From Methylotenera sp. (lineage in GTDB: Bacteria; Pseudomonadota; Gammaproteobacteria; Burkholderiales; Methylophilaceae): a stretch of 64,000 nt of DNA. The position numbers and the translations under genes were made by a program. Location: positions 3,308 to 67,307 of the forward strand of contig JABFSF010000143.1 of assembly GCA_013140755.1 (NCBI GenBank), read 5' to 3'. A model generated the notes under the pieces. That model did not search any database. It was given only the letters and a program-made list of their open reading frames with translations, and was not told where the DNA came from. Each line of letters opens with the position of its first letter. Position 1 is the first letter of the stretch. Positions 11,604-23,560 of this stretch are shown here, piece by piece.

Positions 11604-12920
11604 TTAACGCGGAGCGTTACCTTTAAAATTAGCTTTTTTAAGCAAGCCCTCATATTGATGTGACATCAAATGAGATTGTACTTGCGTCATAAAATCCATT
11701 GTCACGACAACAATAATTAGCAAGGATGTACCGCCGAAATAAAATGGCGTGTTAAATTTTAAAATCAAGAATTCAGGAAGCAAGCAAACCAAAGTAATAT
11801 AAGCAGCACCCACTAAAGTCAAACGACCCATGATGCGATCAATATACTTAGCCGTTTGGTCACCTGGTCTAATTCCTGGCACAAATGCACCACTTTTCTT
11901 AAGATTATCAGCTGTATCTTTTGGATTAAACTGTAAAGCAGTATAAAAGAAACAGAAGAATACAATTGCAGCAGCAAACAACAAGATGTATATAGGCTGA
12001 CCTGGTGACAGCATTGCCGCCAAATCTTTTAGCCAATACATATTTTCACTACTACCAAACCAACCCGCCAACGTTGCCGGAAACAAGATAATGCTTGAAG
12101 CAAATATTGGTGGAATTACACCCGCCATATTTAACTTCATAGGCAAATGTGTCGTTTGCCCACCATAAACTTTATTGCCAACCTGACGCTTAGCGTAATT
12201 CACTGTAATTTTACGCTGACCACGCTCCACAAACACAACTAACGCAGTCACAAGAATAGTTGCCATCAGCAAGAAAAATGCCAATGGAATACTAAATGCT
12301 CCCGTATTGACCATTTCGGCCGTGGATCCAATCGCATGAGGCAATCCCGCGACAATACCTGCAAAAATAATGATAGAGATACCATTACCGATACCACGCT
12401 CTGTAATTTGCTCACCCAACCACATTAAGAACATCGTTCCACTCACCAACGTAATCACGGCAGTTAACCTGAACGCCATGCCAGGATCCAACACAAGACC
12501 AGCCTGTCCCTCTAGCATAATTGCAATACCTAAAGCCTGGAAAGTAGCCAATACAACCGTACCATAACGCGTGTACTTTGTAATTGTTCTACGACCCGCT
12601 TCACCCTCTTTTTTCAACTGCTCCAACTGAGGAGAAACGGCTACTAGCAATTGCATAATAATAGACGATGAAATATAAGGCATTATACCGAGCGCAAACA
12701 CTGTAAAGCGCGCCAACGCACCACCTGAGAACATATTAAACATTCCCAAGATACCATTACTTTGCGACTTAAACAGCTCTGCCAATACTACTGGATCAAT
12801 ACCAGGAACAGGTATGTGAGCACCTAATCGATACACAACCAATGCGCCCAAAACAAAAAATAGGCGGCTTTTTAGTTCGCCCATTTTTGCCGCTACTTTT
12901 AAAATACCTTCTTGTGCCAA
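11604..12920 (-). CDS. secY: Preprotein translocase SecY
   Basis: [45 protein letters not shown]. Confidence 0.99.
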   Translation of the reverse strand: MAQEGILKVAAKMGELKSRLFFVLGALVVYRLGAHIPVPGIDPVVLAELFKSQSNGILGMFNMFSGGALARFTVFALGIMPYISSSIIMQLLVAVSPQLEQLKKEGEAGRRTITKYTRYGTVVLATFQALGIAIMLEGQAGLVLDPGMAFRLTAVITLVSGTMFLMWLGEQITERGIGNGISIIIFAGIVAGLPHAIGSTAEMVNTGAFSIPLAFFLLMATILVTALVVFVERGQRKITVNYAKRQVGNKVYGGQTTHLPMKLNMAGVIPPIFASSIILFPATLAGWFGSSENMYWLKDLAAMLSPGQPIYILLFAAAIVFFCFFYTALQFNPKDTADNLKKSGAFVPGIRPGDQTAKYIDRIMGRLTLVGAAYITLVCLLPEFLILKFNTPFYFGGTSLLIIVVVTMDFMTQVQSHLMSHQYEGLLKKANFKGNAPR

Positions 12921-12931
12921 GATAACTTCTC

Positions 12932-13372
12932 TTACACAGCTTCTAGCACTTTACCGCCAGCAGCCTCAACCGCAGCGCGAGCACCTTTAGTTAAAAGCAA
13001 ACCTTGGATGCTATATGGCTTAGCAACATCACCTGAAAGAAATATTTTTGCACTCGTTACTGTACCAGAAACAATATTTGCAGCTTTCAGTGCTAACAAA
13101 TCTATCACCTCGTTTGGAATCAGAGCAAGCTCACTTGTACGCACATGCGCAGTATTAGCTTTAGTTAATGATTTGAAACCACGCTTTGGCAAACGACGTT
13201 GAATCGGCATTTGACCGCCTTCAAAACCAACCTTATGAAAACCACCAGTACGTGATTTTTGACCTTTATGACCACGGCCAGCCGTTTTACCCAAACCAGA
13301 ACCAATCCCACGACCAACGCGGCGACGTTCTTTTTTTGCGCCTTCTGCAGGCTTAATTGAATTTAATTGCAT
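12932..13372 (-). CDS. rplO: 50S ribosomal protein L15
   Basis: [24 protein letters not shown]...GFEGGQMP. Confidence 0.99.
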   Translation of the reverse strand: MQLNSIKPAEGAKKERRRVGRGIGSGLGKTAGRGHKGQKSRTGGFHKVGFEGGQMPIQRRLPKRGFKSLTKANTAHVRTSELALIPNEVIDLLALKAANIVSGTVTSAKIFLSGDVAKPYSIQGLLLTKGARAAVEAAGGKVLEAV

Positions 13373-13569
13373 TATGCTTCTACCTTTAAGAGATAGCTAA
13401 CGGCGTTAATCATGCCGCGAATTGCTGGTGTATCTTGTAACTCAACCGTGTGATGCATACGGCGCAAACCTAAACCTTTTACAGTTGCTTTATGCGCTTC
13501 AATACGACCAATCACACTTCTTACCAACGTTACTTTGATAGTTGATGCTTCTTTTTTTGCTTTAGCCAT
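13372..13569 (-). CDS. rpmD: 50S ribosomal protein L30
   Basis: [11 protein letters not shown]...[26 protein letters not shown]. Confidence 0.98.
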   Translation of the reverse strand: MAKAKKEASTIKVTLVRSVIGRIEAHKATVKGLGLRRMHHTVELQDTPAIRGMINAVSYLLKVEA

Positions 13570-13571
13570 GA

Positions 13572-14087
13572 TTAGCCTCTGATTTCTTCGACTGATTTTC
13601 CACGTTTAGCTGCAATTTCCGCAGGCGTATTCATAGACTCTAAGCCGTTTAAAGTAGCGCGAACCAAATTGTATGGGTTAGTTGAACCAATACATTTAGC
13701 CACAACGTTAGTCACACCCATCACCTCGAAAATAGCGCGCATTGCACCACCCGCGATAATTCCAGTACCCTCTGAAGCTGGCTGAATAAACACTTTGGCT
13801 GCACCGTGCACACCCGTCACTGCGTGATGTAAGGTGCCGTTTGTTAAGTTGATTTTTAACATACCGCGACGCGCCTCGTCCATCGCCTTTTGCACAGCCA
13901 CAGGAACCTCACGTGCCTTGCCCTTACCCATACCAACCGCGCCATCACCATCACCCACCACTGTAAGTGCGGCAAAACTCATAATACGACCACCTTTAAC
14001 CGTTTTACTTACACGATTAACTGCAATCATCTTTTCGCGCAAACCATCAGTCTGCTGCTGTTGCTGTTCAATTTCTTTTGCCATCAT
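13572..14087 (-). CDS. rpsE: 30S ribosomal protein S5
   Basis: [15 protein letters not shown]...GTGIIAGG. Confidence 0.99.
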   Translation of the reverse strand: MMAKEIEQQQQQTDGLREKMIAVNRVSKTVKGGRIMSFAALTVVGDGDGAVGMGKGKAREVPVAVQKAMDEARRGMLKINLTNGTLHHAVTGVHGAAKVFIQPASEGTGIIAGGAMRAIFEVMGVTNVVAKCIGSTNPYNLVRATLNGLESMNTPAEIAAKRGKSVEEIRG

Positions 14088-14111
14088 TAACCTCTTTAGC
14101 AGTCAGACCAA

Positions 14112-14465
14112 TTAGAAGGATAAGCCGTTTTCGCGAGCGGCATCTGCCAACGCTTTAATACGACCATGATATTTATAACCAGAACGGTCAAAAGCAACGG
14201 TTGTAACACCTGCTTTTTTCGCTTTTTCAGCAATCAACTTACCGATTGCTGCTGCAGCTTCAACATTACCGCCATTCTTAATTTTTTTACGTACATCTGC
14301 CTCTACTGTAGAAGCACTAACAATTACTTTATCGCCAGTTTCAGCAATAATCTGCGCATAGATGTGCGTATTAGTACGATGCACACTTAAACGGGTAACC
14401 TTTAGCTCTGCAATTTTGGCACGGGTTTTACGTGCACGACGCAAGCGATTATTTACGTTGTTCAT
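14112..14465 (-). CDS. rplR: 50S ribosomal protein L18
   Basis: [14 protein letters not shown]...[21 protein letters not shown]. Confidence 0.99.
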   Translation of the reverse strand: MNNVNNRLRRARKTRAKIAELKVTRLSVHRTNTHIYAQIIAETGDKVIVSASTVEADVRKKIKNGGNVEAAAAIGKLIAEKAKKAGVTTVAFDRSGYKYHGRIKALADAARENGLSF

Positions 14466-14475
14466 TTTTTAAGCC

Positions 14476-15009
14476 TTATTTCTTCTTGGTTTCTTTAATC
14501 ACAACAACCTCATCCGCATAACGAACACCTTTGCCTTTATATGGCTCAGGTGAACGATAAGCGCGAATCTCTGCCGCAACTTGACCAACCACTTGTTTAT
14601 CGACACCCGTCAACACAATCTCTGTTTGTGTTGGCGTTTGCACTGTAATGCCCGCTGGCATCTTGTAGCTAATCGGATGTGAGTAGCCCAACTCTAGGTT
14701 TAACACGGCACCCTGCGCTGCAGCTTTATAACCAACACCCACCAGTGTCAATTTACGCGTAAAACCTTCCGACACACCCTTAACCATATTTGCAACCAAA
14801 GCACGTAAAGTACCTGACATTGCTTGCGAGTGCTGCGCATCATTGGCAGCAGCAAAAGTAATTGCATCACCCTCACGCTTCAGCACAACAGCATCGGTTA
14901 AAGCCTGACTCAATTTACCCAAAGGACCACTAACATTGATTGCATTAGCACTCAACACCACTTCAACTTTAGCTGGAATAGCTACTGGATTTTTAGCAAC
15001 ACGTGACAT
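14476..15009 (-). CDS. rplF: 50S ribosomal protein L6
   Basis: MSRVAKNPV...LVGVGYKA...[11 protein letters not shown]. Confidence 0.99.
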   Translation of the reverse strand: MSRVAKNPVAIPAKVEVVLSANAINVSGPLGKLSQALTDAVVLKREGDAITFAAANDAQHSQAMSGTLRALVANMVKGVSEGFTRKLTLVGVGYKAAAQGAVLNLELGYSHPISYKMPAGITVQTPTQTEIVLTGVDKQVVGQVAAEIRAYRSPEPYKGKGVRYADEVVVIKETKKK

Positions 15010-15019
15010 TTGCTTCTCC

Positions 15020-15415
15020 TTAAGCCACTACGCAGAGCACTTCACCACCGATACCGGCAGCTTGAGCTTTACGATCAGTCATTACACCCTTAGATGTAGA
15101 CATAATTGTCACACCAAGACCATTCATTACCTTAGGAATCTCTTGACTTCCCTTGTACACACGCAAACCAGGCTTACTTACACGCTGTATACGCTCAATC
15201 ACAGGGCGACCTGCATAATACTTAAGGCTGATATTCAGCGTTGCCTTATTGCCGTCTTTTTGCACAGCGAAATCTTCAATGTAACCTTCATCTTTAAGCA
15301 CACTAGCAATAGCAGACTTAACATTTGAAGAAGGCATAGTTACTACCGCTTTGTTAACCATTTGCGCATTGCGAATACGCGTCAACATGTCGGCAATCGG
15401 ATCACTCATACTCAT
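15020..15415 (-). CDS. rpsH: 30S ribosomal protein S8
   Basis: [16 protein letters not shown]...SKPGLRVY...STSKGVMTD. Confidence 0.99.
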   Translation of the reverse strand: MSMSDPIADMLTRIRNAQMVNKAVVTMPSSNVKSAIASVLKDEGYIEDFAVQKDGNKATLNISLKYYAGRPVIERIQRVSKPGLRVYKGSQEIPKVMNGLGVTIMSTSKGVMTDRKAQAAGIGGEVLCVVA

Positions 15416-15430
15416 AGCTTTATCCTTTTA

Positions 15431-15736
15431 TTACCAGCTGGCTTTAGTGACGCCTGGCACTTGGCCACTCATCATCAAATCGCGCAACTTGCTACGCGCA
15501 ATACCAAATTTACTAAACACACCGCGTGGGCGACCAGTTAATGCACAACGATTACGAAGACGCACTGGACTTGAATTACGTGGTAACGCCTGAATTTTTA
15601 AACGCGCTTCTTGACGCGCTTCAGGTGCTGCCTTTTCATCATTAACAATCGCCTCTAATGCAGCACGTTTTGCTGCGAATTTTGCTACAGTTGCGCGACG
15701 CTTAAGCTCGCGTTCTGTCATACAGGTTTTAGCCAT
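15431..15736 (-). CDS. rpsN: 30S ribosomal protein S14 (long, non-zinc form)
   Basis: [22 protein letters not shown]; 101 aa. Confidence 0.99.
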   Translation of the reverse strand: MAKTCMTERELKRRATVAKFAAKRAALEAIVNDEKAAPEARQEARLKIQALPRNSSPVRLRNRCALTGRPRGVFSKFGIARSKLRDLMMSGQVPGVTKASW

Positions 15737-15739
15737 GTC

Positions 15740-16279
15740 TTAACCCCTGAAAGGAAAACTAAACGCAGCAAGCAATGCTCTTGCTTCCTCATCGGTTTTC
15801 GCAGTAGTAGTGATAGTGATATTCATCCCGCGAATCGCATCGATTTTATCGTATTCGATTTCAGGGAAAATGATTTGCTCTTTAACACCCATGTTGTAAT
15901 TACCACGACCATCAAATGATTTCGCAGAGATACCACGGAAGTCACGAATACGAGGAATTGCAACCGTAACCAAACGATCCAAGAACTCATACATACGCTC
16001 ACGACGCAAAGTAACCTTACAGCCAACAGGATAGTCATCACGAATCTTAAATGCCGCCACTGATTTTTTAGCTTTAGTGACAATTGCCTTTTGACCCGCA
16101 ATCTTCTCCATATCACCAACAGCGTGCTCCATTACTTTTTTATCAGCCACCGCTTCGCCCACACCCATATTCAGCGTAATTTTTTCAATGCGAGGCACTT
16201 GCATCACAGATGTGTAACCAAATTGCTCAGTCATTGATTTAACTACTGAGTCTTTATAGAATTGTTTTAAACGCGCCAT
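15740..16279 (-). CDS. rplE: 50S ribosomal protein L5
   Basis: [14 protein letters not shown]...PRIRDFRG...FDGRGNY. Confidence 0.99.
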   Translation of the reverse strand: MARLKQFYKDSVVKSMTEQFGYTSVMQVPRIEKITLNMGVGEAVADKKVMEHAVGDMEKIAGQKAIVTKAKKSVAAFKIRDDYPVGCKVTLRRERMYEFLDRLVTVAIPRIRDFRGISAKSFDGRGNYNMGVKEQIIFPEIEYDKIDAIRGMNITITTTAKTDEEARALLAAFSFPFRG

Positions 16280-16287
16280 AATTCTTC

Positions 16288-16605
16288 CTATGCGTCCACT
16301 GCTTCGCCATTAGATTTGAAGACGCGAATTTTGCGACCATCATCCAATGTCTTAAAGCCTACGCGATCACCTTTTTGGGTCGCACTGTTAAATAAAGCAA
16401 CGTTTGAAATGTCAACTGGCATTTCTTTAGCAATAATGCCACCAGAGATACCTTTCATCGGGTTTGCTTTTGTGTGCTTCTTAACTAGGTTAAGACCCTC
16501 AACAACAACATGACCTGACTCAAGAATACTTAACACTGTACCTTGCTTGCCCTTATCCTTACCTGTGTTTAGGATGACCTGATCACCCTTGCGAATTTTA
16601 TTCAT
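16288..16605 (-). CDS. rplX: 50S ribosomal protein L24
   Basis: [20 protein letters not shown]...VVEGLN. Confidence 0.99.
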   Translation of the reverse strand: MNKIRKGDQVILNTGKDKGKQGTVLSILESGHVVVEGLNLVKKHTKANPMKGISGGIIAKEMPVDISNVALFNSATQKGDRVGFKTLDDGRKIRVFKSNGEAVDA

Positions 16606-16613
16606 GTGAGCTC

Positions 16614-16982
16614 CTACAATACTTCTGGTGCTAATGAAACGATTTTCATGAATTTTTCAGTACGCAATTCACGTGTCACTGGCCCAAAGATACGGGTACC
16701 AATCGGTTCAAGTTTATTATTTAACAGAACTGCAGCATTACCATCGAACTTAACTAAAGAGCCGTCTGGACGACGCACACCTTTAGCAGTACGTACAACA
16801 ACAGCACTGTACACTTCGCCTTTTTTAACGCGACCACGTGGAGCAGCATCTTTGATGCTCACCTTAATGATGTCGCCTATACTGGCGTAACGACGCTTAG
16901 AGCCACCCAACACCTTAATGCATTGCACAGAGCGCGCACCAGTGTTATCAGCAACTTCTAGCCGAGATTGCATTTGAATCAT
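16614..16982 (-). CDS. rplN: 50S ribosomal protein L14
   Basis: [16 protein letters not shown]...[13 protein letters not shown]; start corrected to ATG 16982 after GGAG. Confidence 0.99.
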   Translation of the reverse strand: MIQMQSRLEVADNTGARSVQCIKVLGGSKRRYASIGDIIKVSIKDAAPRGRVKKGEVYSAVVVRTAKGVRRPDGSLVKFDGNAAVLLNNKLEPIGTRIFGPVTRELRTEKFMKIVSLAPEVL

Positions 16983-17121
16983 GAGAATAATCTCCAACTT
17001 AATCCGTTAAAACCAACACCAGCCATTTATAGCTCTTAAACTATGTAGGCCGACAGACCACGGTCAGTATTGGGGCGAGAGCTTTATGACTTATAAAAAG
17101 TCGCTCGCCGAAAAACAAAAC

Positions 17122-17150
17122 ATTATATATTACCAATGACACCTGCGCAA
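17122..17150 (-). promoter_or_regulatory. Putative sigma70 promoter of spc operon
   Basis: TTGCGC (17150-17145)-N17-TATAAT (17127-17122). Confidence 0.55.
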
Positions 17151-17183
17151 TTACTTTTGTAAGTAATTGCGCAATAATTCAAC

Positions 17184-17429
17184 TTAAGCTTGTTTAACTA
17201 CCCAAGTTTTAGTTTTTGATAACGGACGACTTTCAATGATAGTCACCACATCACCTTCTTTACAGCTATTGCTTTCATCGTGCGCATGAAACTTCTTAGA
17301 TTGTCGAACCACTTTACCAATCAAAGGATGCTTTACTTTGCGCTCAACTAAAACAGTCACAGTTTTGTCCATTTTATCGCTGACAACGCGACCAGTAAGA
17401 CTACGCACTACTTTTGTTGTTTCGGTCAT
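17184..17429 (-). CDS. rpsQ: 30S ribosomal protein S17
   Basis: [14 protein letters not shown]...HDE...GDVV...RPLSKTK; start corrected to ATG 17429. Confidence 0.99.
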   Translation of the reverse strand: MTETTKVVRSLTGRVVSDKMDKTVTVLVERKVKHPLIGKVVRQSKKFHAHDESNSCKEGDVVTIIESRPLSKTKTWVVKQA

Positions 17430-17430
17430 A

Positions 17431-17625
17431 TTATGCCTGCTTTGCTTTCTCAGCCAATACAGTCTTAACACGCGCTACATCTTTGCGTACTTTACCTAGC
17501 TGATCTACTTTGTTTAACTGCTGAGTAGCCAATTGCATACGTAGGGAGAATTGCGCACGACGCAATTCAATCAACTCTGCATTCAGCTCTTCAACGCTTT
17601 TTGCTCTTAAATCGGTTGCTTTCAT
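17431..17625 (-). CDS. rpmC: 50S ribosomal protein L29
   Basis: [10 protein letters not shown]...[10 protein letters not shown]...[10 protein letters not shown]. Confidence 0.98.
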   Translation of the reverse strand: MKATDLRAKSVEELNAELIELRRAQFSLRMQLATQQLNKVDQLGKVRKDVARVKTVLAEKAKQA

Positions 17626-17640
17626 ATTAGCGTACCTTCC

Positions 17641-18057
17641 TTAACTGCCGATTTGACGAGTCATGAATGTCGTTTCAATTGGCAACTTAGCAGCAGCCAA
17701 ACGGAACGCTTCACGTGCAAGCTCTTCGCTCACGCCGTCCATCTCGTATAACATTTTACCTGGTTGGATTTGAGCTACATAGTACTCTGTACTACCTTTA
17801 CCGTTACCCATACGTACTTCAGCAGGCTTTTTAGAAATTGGTTGATCTGGGAAAATGCGAATCCAAACACGACCGCCACGCTTAATGTGACGCGTCATTA
17901 CACGACGTGCTGCTTCAATTTGACGTGCGGTTAAACGACCACGACCCACCGCTTTCAAACCAAAATCACCAAAACTCACTTTATTACCCGTCGTTGCAAT
18001 GCCTTTATTACGGCCTTTTTGCATTTTACGGTATTTTTGTCTAGACGGTTGTAGCAT
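17641..18057 (-). CDS. rplP: 50S ribosomal protein L16
   Basis: [11 protein letters not shown]...[12 protein letters not shown]. Confidence 0.99.
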   Translation of the reverse strand: MLQPSRQKYRKMQKGRNKGIATTGNKVSFGDFGLKAVGRGRLTARQIEAARRVMTRHIKRGGRVWIRIFPDQPISKKPAEVRMGNGKGSTEYYVAQIQPGKMLYEMDGVSEELAREAFRLAAAKLPIETTFMTRQIGS

Positions 18058-18760
18058 CTTTAGCCCTCGCCTTTCTTACTCTTTTTTCAGGTTCTGCAGC
18101 TGGTGCAACAGCTTGTGCAGCTTGTGCATTACCTGCAAAAATCTCGCCTTTGAATACCCATACTTTAATACCGATGATACCGTATGTAGTTGAAGCTTCA
18201 GCCACACCGTAGTCAATATCAGCACGCAATGTATGAAGTGGCACTCGACCTTCACGGTACCATTCAGTACGCGCAATTTCGATACCATTCAAACGACCAG
18301 AGCTCATGATTTTAATACCCTGAGCACCTAAGCGCATTGCATTTTGCATTGCGCGTTTCATTGCACGGCGGAACATCACACGTTTTTCAAGTTGCTGAGC
18401 GATTGATTGTGCAATCAAAGTGGCATCAAGTTCTGGCTTACGCACTTCTTCAATATTTAAATGAACAGGAACGCCCATTAAACCTTGCAAAGATGCACGC
18501 AAAGATTCGATATCTTCGCCTTTTTTACCAATCACCACACCTGGACGAGCACTGTAGATTGTAATTTTTGCGTTCTTAGCAGGACGCTCAATCAAAATAC
18601 GGCTAACCGCTGCACTGGCTAATTTTTTATTTAAAAACTCACGTACTTTAATGTCGCTTTGCAACATTGCAGGAAAGTTTTTGCTATTGGCATACCAACG
18701 TGAGGCCCAGTTCTTTTGAACACTCAGACGGAAACCAATTGGATGAATTTTCTGACCCAT
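18041..18760 (-). CDS. rpsC: 30S ribosomal protein S3
   Basis: [12 protein letters not shown]...[11 protein letters not shown]...[14 protein letters not shown]. Confidence 0.99.
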   Translation of the reverse strand: MGQKIHPIGFRLSVQKNWASRWYANSKNFPAMLQSDIKVREFLNKKLASAAVSRILIERPAKNAKITIYSARPGVVIGKKGEDIESLRASLQGLMGVPVHLNIEEVRKPELDATLIAQSIAQQLEKRVMFRRAMKRAMQNAMRLGAQGIKIMSSGRLNGIEIARTEWYREGRVPLHTLRADIDYGVAEASTTYGIIGIKVWVFKGEIFAGNAQAAQAVAPAAEPEKRVRKARAKDATTV

Positions 18761-18769
18761 GATGATCCC

Positions 18770-19102
18770 TTAGTTACCGACAGTCACATGAATGTGACAG
18801 GTTGGTTTAGTAATACGACCAGCGCGACCTTTTGCACGTGGACGAATACGTTTTAGCACAATACCTTTATCAACATAAATTGAAGTTACTTTCAACTCGT
18901 CAATATCAGCACCATTGTTATGTTCGGCGTTGGCAATTGCAGAATCCAGCACTTTCTTAATAATTTCAGCACCTTTTTTAGGCGTAAACATCAAAATGTT
19001 AAGTGCGTGATCAACTTTCTTGCCACGAACAAGGTCGGCCACCAATCTAGCTTTTTGCGGAGAGAGATGAACGCCTTTTAATATTGCAGATACTTGCATC
19101 AT
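18770..19102 (-). CDS. rplV: 50S ribosomal protein L22
   Basis: [14 protein letters not shown]...SAIANAEHN...RAKGRA. Confidence 0.99.
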   Translation of the reverse strand: MMQVSAILKGVHLSPQKARLVADLVRGKKVDHALNILMFTPKKGAEIIKKVLDSAIANAEHNNGADIDELKVTSIYVDKGIVLKRIRPRAKGRAGRITKPTCHIHVTVGN

Positions 19103-19108
19103 CAGCTC

Positions 19109-19384
19109 CTATTTCTTCGCTTTTTTGTCGGCGGCATGACCTTTGAATGTACGCGTTAGCGCAAATTCACCGAGCTTGTGACCTACCATGTTTTCAGAAA
19201 TCAACACTGGAATGTGTTGCTTACCATTATGAATAGCAATAGTAAGACCGATAAAATCTGGGAATATTGTAGAACGACGTGACCAAGTTTTAATTGGTTT
19301 ACGATCGCGCGTTGCAGCTGCAACTTCTACTTTTTTTGCCAAATGACCATCAATAAATGGACCTTTTTTAAGTGAACGTGCCAT
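19109..19384 (-). CDS. rpsS: 30S ribosomal protein S19
   Basis: [10 protein letters not shown]...KTWSRRS...MVGHKLGEF. Confidence 0.99.
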   Translation of the reverse strand: MARSLKKGPFIDGHLAKKVEVAAATRDRKPIKTWSRRSTIFPDFIGLTIAIHNGKQHIPVLISENMVGHKLGEFALTRTFKGHAADKKAKK

Positions 19385-19388
19385 ATGA

Positions 19389-20222
19389 TTACCTTACGCC
19401 TCTCGGACGACGACTAATACGCATGTTATCTGTACGTTTACTACTACGTGTACGATAACCTTTAGTTTTAACACCCCATGGGCTCACTGGATTCATACCT
19501 GCAGCAGTACGGCCTTCACCACCACCGTGCGGGTGATCAACTGGGTTCATCACCACACCGCGAACGGTTGGGCGAACACCACGCCAGCGCATCGCACCAG
19601 CTTTACCAATTGAACGCAATGAATGCTCTTCATTACCCACTTCACCCAAAGTTGCCATGCAATCTACGTGCACGCGGCGAACTTCACCTGAACGTAAACG
19701 TAATTGAGCATAGGCACCTTCACGCGCTAGCAATTGCACTGACGTGCCTGCTGAACGAGCAATTTGCGCACCTTTGCCAGGCTGCAATTCGATACAATGA
19801 ATCGTACTACCCACTGGGATATTACGTAGCGGCATCGCATTACCTACTTTAATAGGCGCTTCTGAACCACTAATTAACTGCATACCAGCACTTACACCGC
19901 GTGGCGCGATAATGTAACGACGCTCACCATCCGCATAACAAAGCAAAGCAATGTGTGCAGTACGGTTTGGGTCATATTCAATATGCTCCACTGTTGCCAG
20001 AATACCAATTTTATTACGACGGAAGTCAATTAAGCGATAATGCTGCTTATGACCACCACCTTGGTGACGCGTTGTAATACGGCCGTTGTTATTACGACCA
20101 GCGTTTTTACTTTGACTTTCCAACAGCGGAGCGTGTGGTTTACCTTTGTACAAATCAGGCGTTACAACCTTTAAAACACCACGACGACCAGGGGAAGTTG
20201 GTTTGACTTTAACTAATGCCAT
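19389..20222 (-). CDS. rplB: 50S ribosomal protein L2
   Basis: GRNNNGRIT...EYDPNR...[20 protein letters not shown]. Confidence 0.99.
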   Translation of the reverse strand: MALVKVKPTSPGRRGVLKVVTPDLYKGKPHAPLLESQSKNAGRNNNGRITTRHQGGGHKQHYRLIDFRRNKIGILATVEHIEYDPNRTAHIALLCYADGERRYIIAPRGVSAGMQLISGSEAPIKVGNAMPLRNIPVGSTIHCIELQPGKGAQIARSAGTSVQLLAREGAYAQLRLRSGEVRRVHVDCMATLGEVGNEEHSLRSIGKAGAMRWRGVRPTVRGVVMNPVDHPHGGGEGRTAAGMNPVSPWGVKTKGYRTRSSKRTDNMRISRRPRGVR

Positions 20223-20233
20223 ATCTTCTCTCC

Positions 20234-20548
20234 TTATTCGGCTGCTGCAAAGTTAATTTCTTGACCTGGTTTCAAACTTACATAAGCTTTTTTCCAGTCT
20301 TTACGCTTGCCCATGCTGCGGCCAGCGCGCTTCGTTTTTCCACCTACATTGATCACAGCAACTTTATCAACCTCAACCTTAAAAACCAACTCAACTGCAG
20401 CTTTGATTTCTGGTTTAGTTGCATCAGTGCGTACGATGAAAGCGATTTGCTGATGTTTATCAGCAATGTAAGTCGCTTTCTCAGTGATTTGCGGTGCTAA
20501 GATTACTTGCAACAAGCGATCTTGAGTTTTAGTCATAACGCTCATCAT
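20234..20548 (-). CDS. rplW: 50S ribosomal protein L23
   Basis: PQITEKAT...[11 protein letters not shown]...WKKAYVSL. Confidence 0.99.
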   Translation of the reverse strand: MMSVMTKTQDRLLQVILAPQITEKATYIADKHQQIAFIVRTDATKPEIKAAVELVFKVEVDKVAVINVGGKTKRAGRSMGKRKDWKKAYVSLKPGQEINFAAAE

Positions 20549-21171
20549 GCTAACATCTCCTCAAGTTTCTTCACTGCAGCAGCTGTAGCCACAACATTTG
20601 GAAAGCGCACCAAGCTAACTGGGTCAGCATACTGCGCTTCAACCACCATCACGTTAGTGAGGTTACGTGAAGATAAATACAAATTCTCACTGAAGCCATC
20701 AGTCAGCACCAAAACACCTTCCGCATAACCCATACCCCTGATTTTCTCAGCAAGTGCTTTTGTTTTTGGCGTATCTACGGAAAAATCCTCAACCACACTC
20801 AAACGATCCTGGCGTACCAACTCAGAAAGAATGGTTTGCATACCAGCACGATAAGCCTTACGGTTTACCTTGTGGCTGAAATTTTCATTAGGTGAATTAG
20901 GGAATGCGCGACCACCTCCACGCCAAATTGGACTTGAAGTCATACCCGAACGAGCATTACCAGTACCTTTTTGAGCATACGGCTTGTGTGTTGTATGCGC
21001 CACCGTGTCACGACCTTTTTGCGCGCGCGTCGCCGTACGAGCATTCGCCATGTACGCCACAACAACCTGATGCACCAAAGCTTCATTAAATTCACGACCA
21101 AATGTGCCCTCAGACACTGTCACGCCTTTTTTAGCAGGCTTGCCGTTTTTGTCGATTAGCTTAAGTTCCAT
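20545..21171 (-). CDS. rplD: 50S ribosomal protein L4
   Basis: [10 protein letters not shown]...[10 protein letters not shown]...WRGGG. Confidence 0.99.
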   Translation of the reverse strand: MELKLIDKNGKPAKKGVTVSEGTFGREFNEALVHQVVVAYMANARTATRAQKGRDTVAHTTHKPYAQKGTGNARSGMTSSPIWRGGGRAFPNSPNENFSHKVNRKAYRAGMQTILSELVRQDRLSVVEDFSVDTPKTKALAEKIRGMGYAEGVLVLTDGFSENLYLSSRNLTNVMVVEAQYADPVSLVRFPNVVATAAAVKKLEEMLA

Positions 21172-21839
21172 TATTTAGAACCTCCCTGAGCTTTAGTTGC
21201 TTTAGCCTTAATAGCAGGACGAACAACCACATCACCACCTTTAGATCCAGGGATAGCACCTTTAATCAACAACAAGTTGCGCTCGACATCAACGCGAACA
21301 ACCTCTAGGTTTTGTGTTGTGACTTTAACAGCACCCAAGTGCCCAGGCATACGCTTACCAGGGAATACTCGACCTGGATCCTGCGCCATACCGATAGAAC
21401 CAGGCACGTTATGTGAACGCGAGTTACCGTGAGATGCGCGGTTTGAGCTAAAGTGGTGACGTTTAATCGCACCAGCGAAACCCTTACCTAACGAAGTACC
21501 TGTAACGTCAACTTTCTGACCTGCCTGAAAAATATCAACAGTGACATTTGCACCCGCAGTGTAATTAGCTAAAACGTCATCAGTCACTGAAAATTCATGA
21601 ATACCAGCACCAGCAGCAGAGCCAGACTTTGCATAATGCCCAGTCAAAGCCTTGTTGATACGGCTGGCGCGACGCGTACCGTAAGCTACTTGAAGGCCAG
21701 TATAGCCATCGCTTGCGGTCGTCTTGATCTGTGTCACGCGGTTAGGTACGACCTCCAACACGGTTACTGGAACGCTTGCGCCATCCTCAGTAAACACGCG
21801 GGTCATACCCACTTTGCGACCAATAAGCCCTAAGCTCAT
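21171..21839 (-). CDS. rplC: 50S ribosomal protein L3
   Basis: [10 protein letters not shown]...GKGFAG...SHG...PGSIG...[12 protein letters not shown]. Confidence 0.99.
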   Translation of the reverse strand: MSLGLIGRKVGMTRVFTEDGASVPVTVLEVVPNRVTQIKTTASDGYTGLQVAYGTRRASRINKALTGHYAKSGSAAGAGIHEFSVTDDVLANYTAGANVTVDIFQAGQKVDVTGTSLGKGFAGAIKRHHFSSNRASHGNSRSHNVPGSIGMAQDPGRVFPGKRMPGHLGAVKVTTQNLEVVRVDVERNLLLIKGAIPGSKGGDVVVRPAIKAKATKAQGGSK

Positions 21840-21905
21840 GATCGATTCCTTATATTTTAGTTAAAAAGCCGATTACAATTGACCGACTTCTGTGAAAGAG
21901 GGCGG

Positions 21906-21934
21906 ATTATACCGAACCCCAGTTTTTTTTACAA
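21906..21934 (-). promoter_or_regulatory. Putative sigma70 promoter between rpsJ and rplC
   Basis: TTGTAA (21934-21929)-N17-TATAAT (21911-21906) followed by GC-rich discriminator CCGCCC. Confidence 0.7.
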
Positions 21935-21956
21935 CAAGTTTTTACTACTTAAATCT

Positions 21957-22265
21957 TTAAAGCTTAATTTCAACATCCACACCAGCGGGCAAATCTAACT
22001 TCATCAATGCATCCACAGTTTTGTCAGTAGGGTCAACGATATCCATCAAACGTTGGTGTGTTCGAATTTCAAATTGGTCGCGAGATGTTTTATTGACGTG
22101 CGGTGAACGTAGAATATCAAAGCGTTCAATACGCGTTGGAAGCGGTACTGGACCTTTTACAACCGCACCAGTGCGCTTAGCAGTTTCAACAATTTCCTGA
22201 GCCGACTGATCAATCAAACGATAATCAAATGCTTTTAAACGAATACGAATTTTTTGAGCTGCCAT
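21957..22265 (-). CDS. rpsJ: 30S ribosomal protein S10
   Basis: [10 protein letters not shown]...GPVPLPT...[14 protein letters not shown]. Confidence 0.99.
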   Translation of the reverse strand: MAAQKIRIRLKAFDYRLIDQSAQEIVETAKRTGAVVKGPVPLPTRIERFDILRSPHVNKTSRDQFEIRTHQRLMDIVDPTDKTVDALMKLDLPAGVDVEIKL

Positions 22266-22278
22266 GACTTTTCCTTAT

Positions 22279-22310
22279 AAAGAGCGAAACGGCAGACTGA
22301 AGTCTGCCGC
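22279..22310 (-). terminator. Terminator/attenuator-like hairpin between tuf and rpsJ
   Basis: CGGCAGAC-TTCA-GTCTGCCG followed by TTTCGCTCTTT on minus strand. Confidence 0.55.
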
Positions 22311-22328
22311 TTTATTAAAATTACTTAA

Positions 22329-23519
22329 TTATTCAATGATTTTAGCAACGACACCAGCACCTACGGTACGACCGCCTTCACGAATAGCAAAGCGCAAGCC
22401 TTCTTCCATCGCAATTGGCGCAATCAATGTCACAGTGATCGATACGTTGTCACCTGGCATGACCATTTCTGTGCCTGCTGGTAGCTCTACTGCACCCGTC
22501 ACGTCTGTGGTACGGAAGTAGAATTGTGGACGGTAGCCTTGGAAGAATGGGGTGTGACGACCACCTTCATCTTTACCTAACACGTAGATTTCTGCGGTGA
22601 ATTTAGTGTGCGGTTTGATTGAGCCAGCTTTAGCTAACACTTGACCACGCTCCACCTCTTCACGCTTGGTACCACGGAGCAATACACCTACGTTGTCGCC
22701 TGCTTGACCTTGGTCTAGCAATTTGCGGAACATTTCCACGCCTGTACAGGTGGTTTTTAGCGTTGGTTTTAGACCAACGATTTCAATTTCTTCACCGACT
22801 TTGATGATACCGCGTTCAATACGACCTGTTACCACAGTACCACGACCTGAAATTGAGAATACATCTTCCACTGGCATTAAGAATGTGCCGTCGATTGCAC
22901 GCTCTGGCATTGGGATGTAGCTATCTAATGCGTCAGCTAGACGGAAGATTGAGGGTTCACCAATTTCTGATTGGTCGCCTTCTAGGGCTGCGCGGGCTGA
23001 GCCCGTGATGATTGGTGTATCGTCACCTGGGAAGTCGTATTTACTTAATAGGTCACGCACTTCCATTTCAACGAGCTCTAATAACTCTGCATCATCTACT
23101 AAGTCCGCTTTGTTAAGATAAACAACGATGTATGGAACGCCAACTTGACGTGCTAACAAGATGTGCTCACGCGTTTGTGGCATTGGACCGTCAGCTGCTG
23201 AACATACTAGAATTGCACCGTCCATTTGAGCAGCACCTGTAATCATGTTTTTAACATAGTCGGCGTGACCTGGACAGTCCACGTGCGCGTAGTGACGGTT
23301 GGCTGTTTCATATTCTACGTGGGCGGTGTTAATCGTAATACCACGTGCCTTTTCTTCTGGTGCCGCGTCAATTTGGTCGTAAGCTTTTGCTTCACCACCA
23401 AATTTCTTCGTCAATACAGTCGTAATCGCTGCCGTTAATGTTGTCTTGCCGTGGTCAACGTGACCTATCGTACCTACGTTTACGTGCGGTTTGGTACGCT
23501 CAAATTTACCTTTTGCCAT
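22329..23519 (-). CDS. tuf: Elongation factor Tu (copy downstream of fusA)
   Basis: [20 protein letters not shown]; 396 aa. Confidence 0.99.
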   Translation of the reverse strand: MAKGKFERTKPHVNVGTIGHVDHGKTTLTAAITTVLTKKFGGEAKAYDQIDAAPEEKARGITINTAHVEYETANRHYAHVDCPGHADYVKNMITGAAQMDGAILVCSAADGPMPQTREHILLARQVGVPYIVVYLNKADLVDDAELLELVEMEVRDLLSKYDFPGDDTPIITGSARAALEGDQSEIGEPSIFRLADALDSYIPMPERAIDGTFLMPVEDVFSISGRGTVVTGRIERGIIKVGEEIEIVGLKPTLKTTCTGVEMFRKLLDQGQAGDNVGVLLRGTKREEVERGQVLAKAGSIKPHTKFTAEIYVLGKDEGGRHTPFFQGYRPQFYFRTTDVTGAVELPAGTEMVMPGDNVSITVTLIAPIAMEEGLRFAIREGGRTVGAGVVAKIIE

Positions 23520-23560
23520 TTTAAATTTCCTTTATCAATACTTATAAGATCAAAAACTAC

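Noticed and set aside
14050-14066. Poly-Gln run at S5 N-terminus
   Set aside because: Five mixed CAA/CAG codons in a variable N-terminal tail; not a phase-variable repeat
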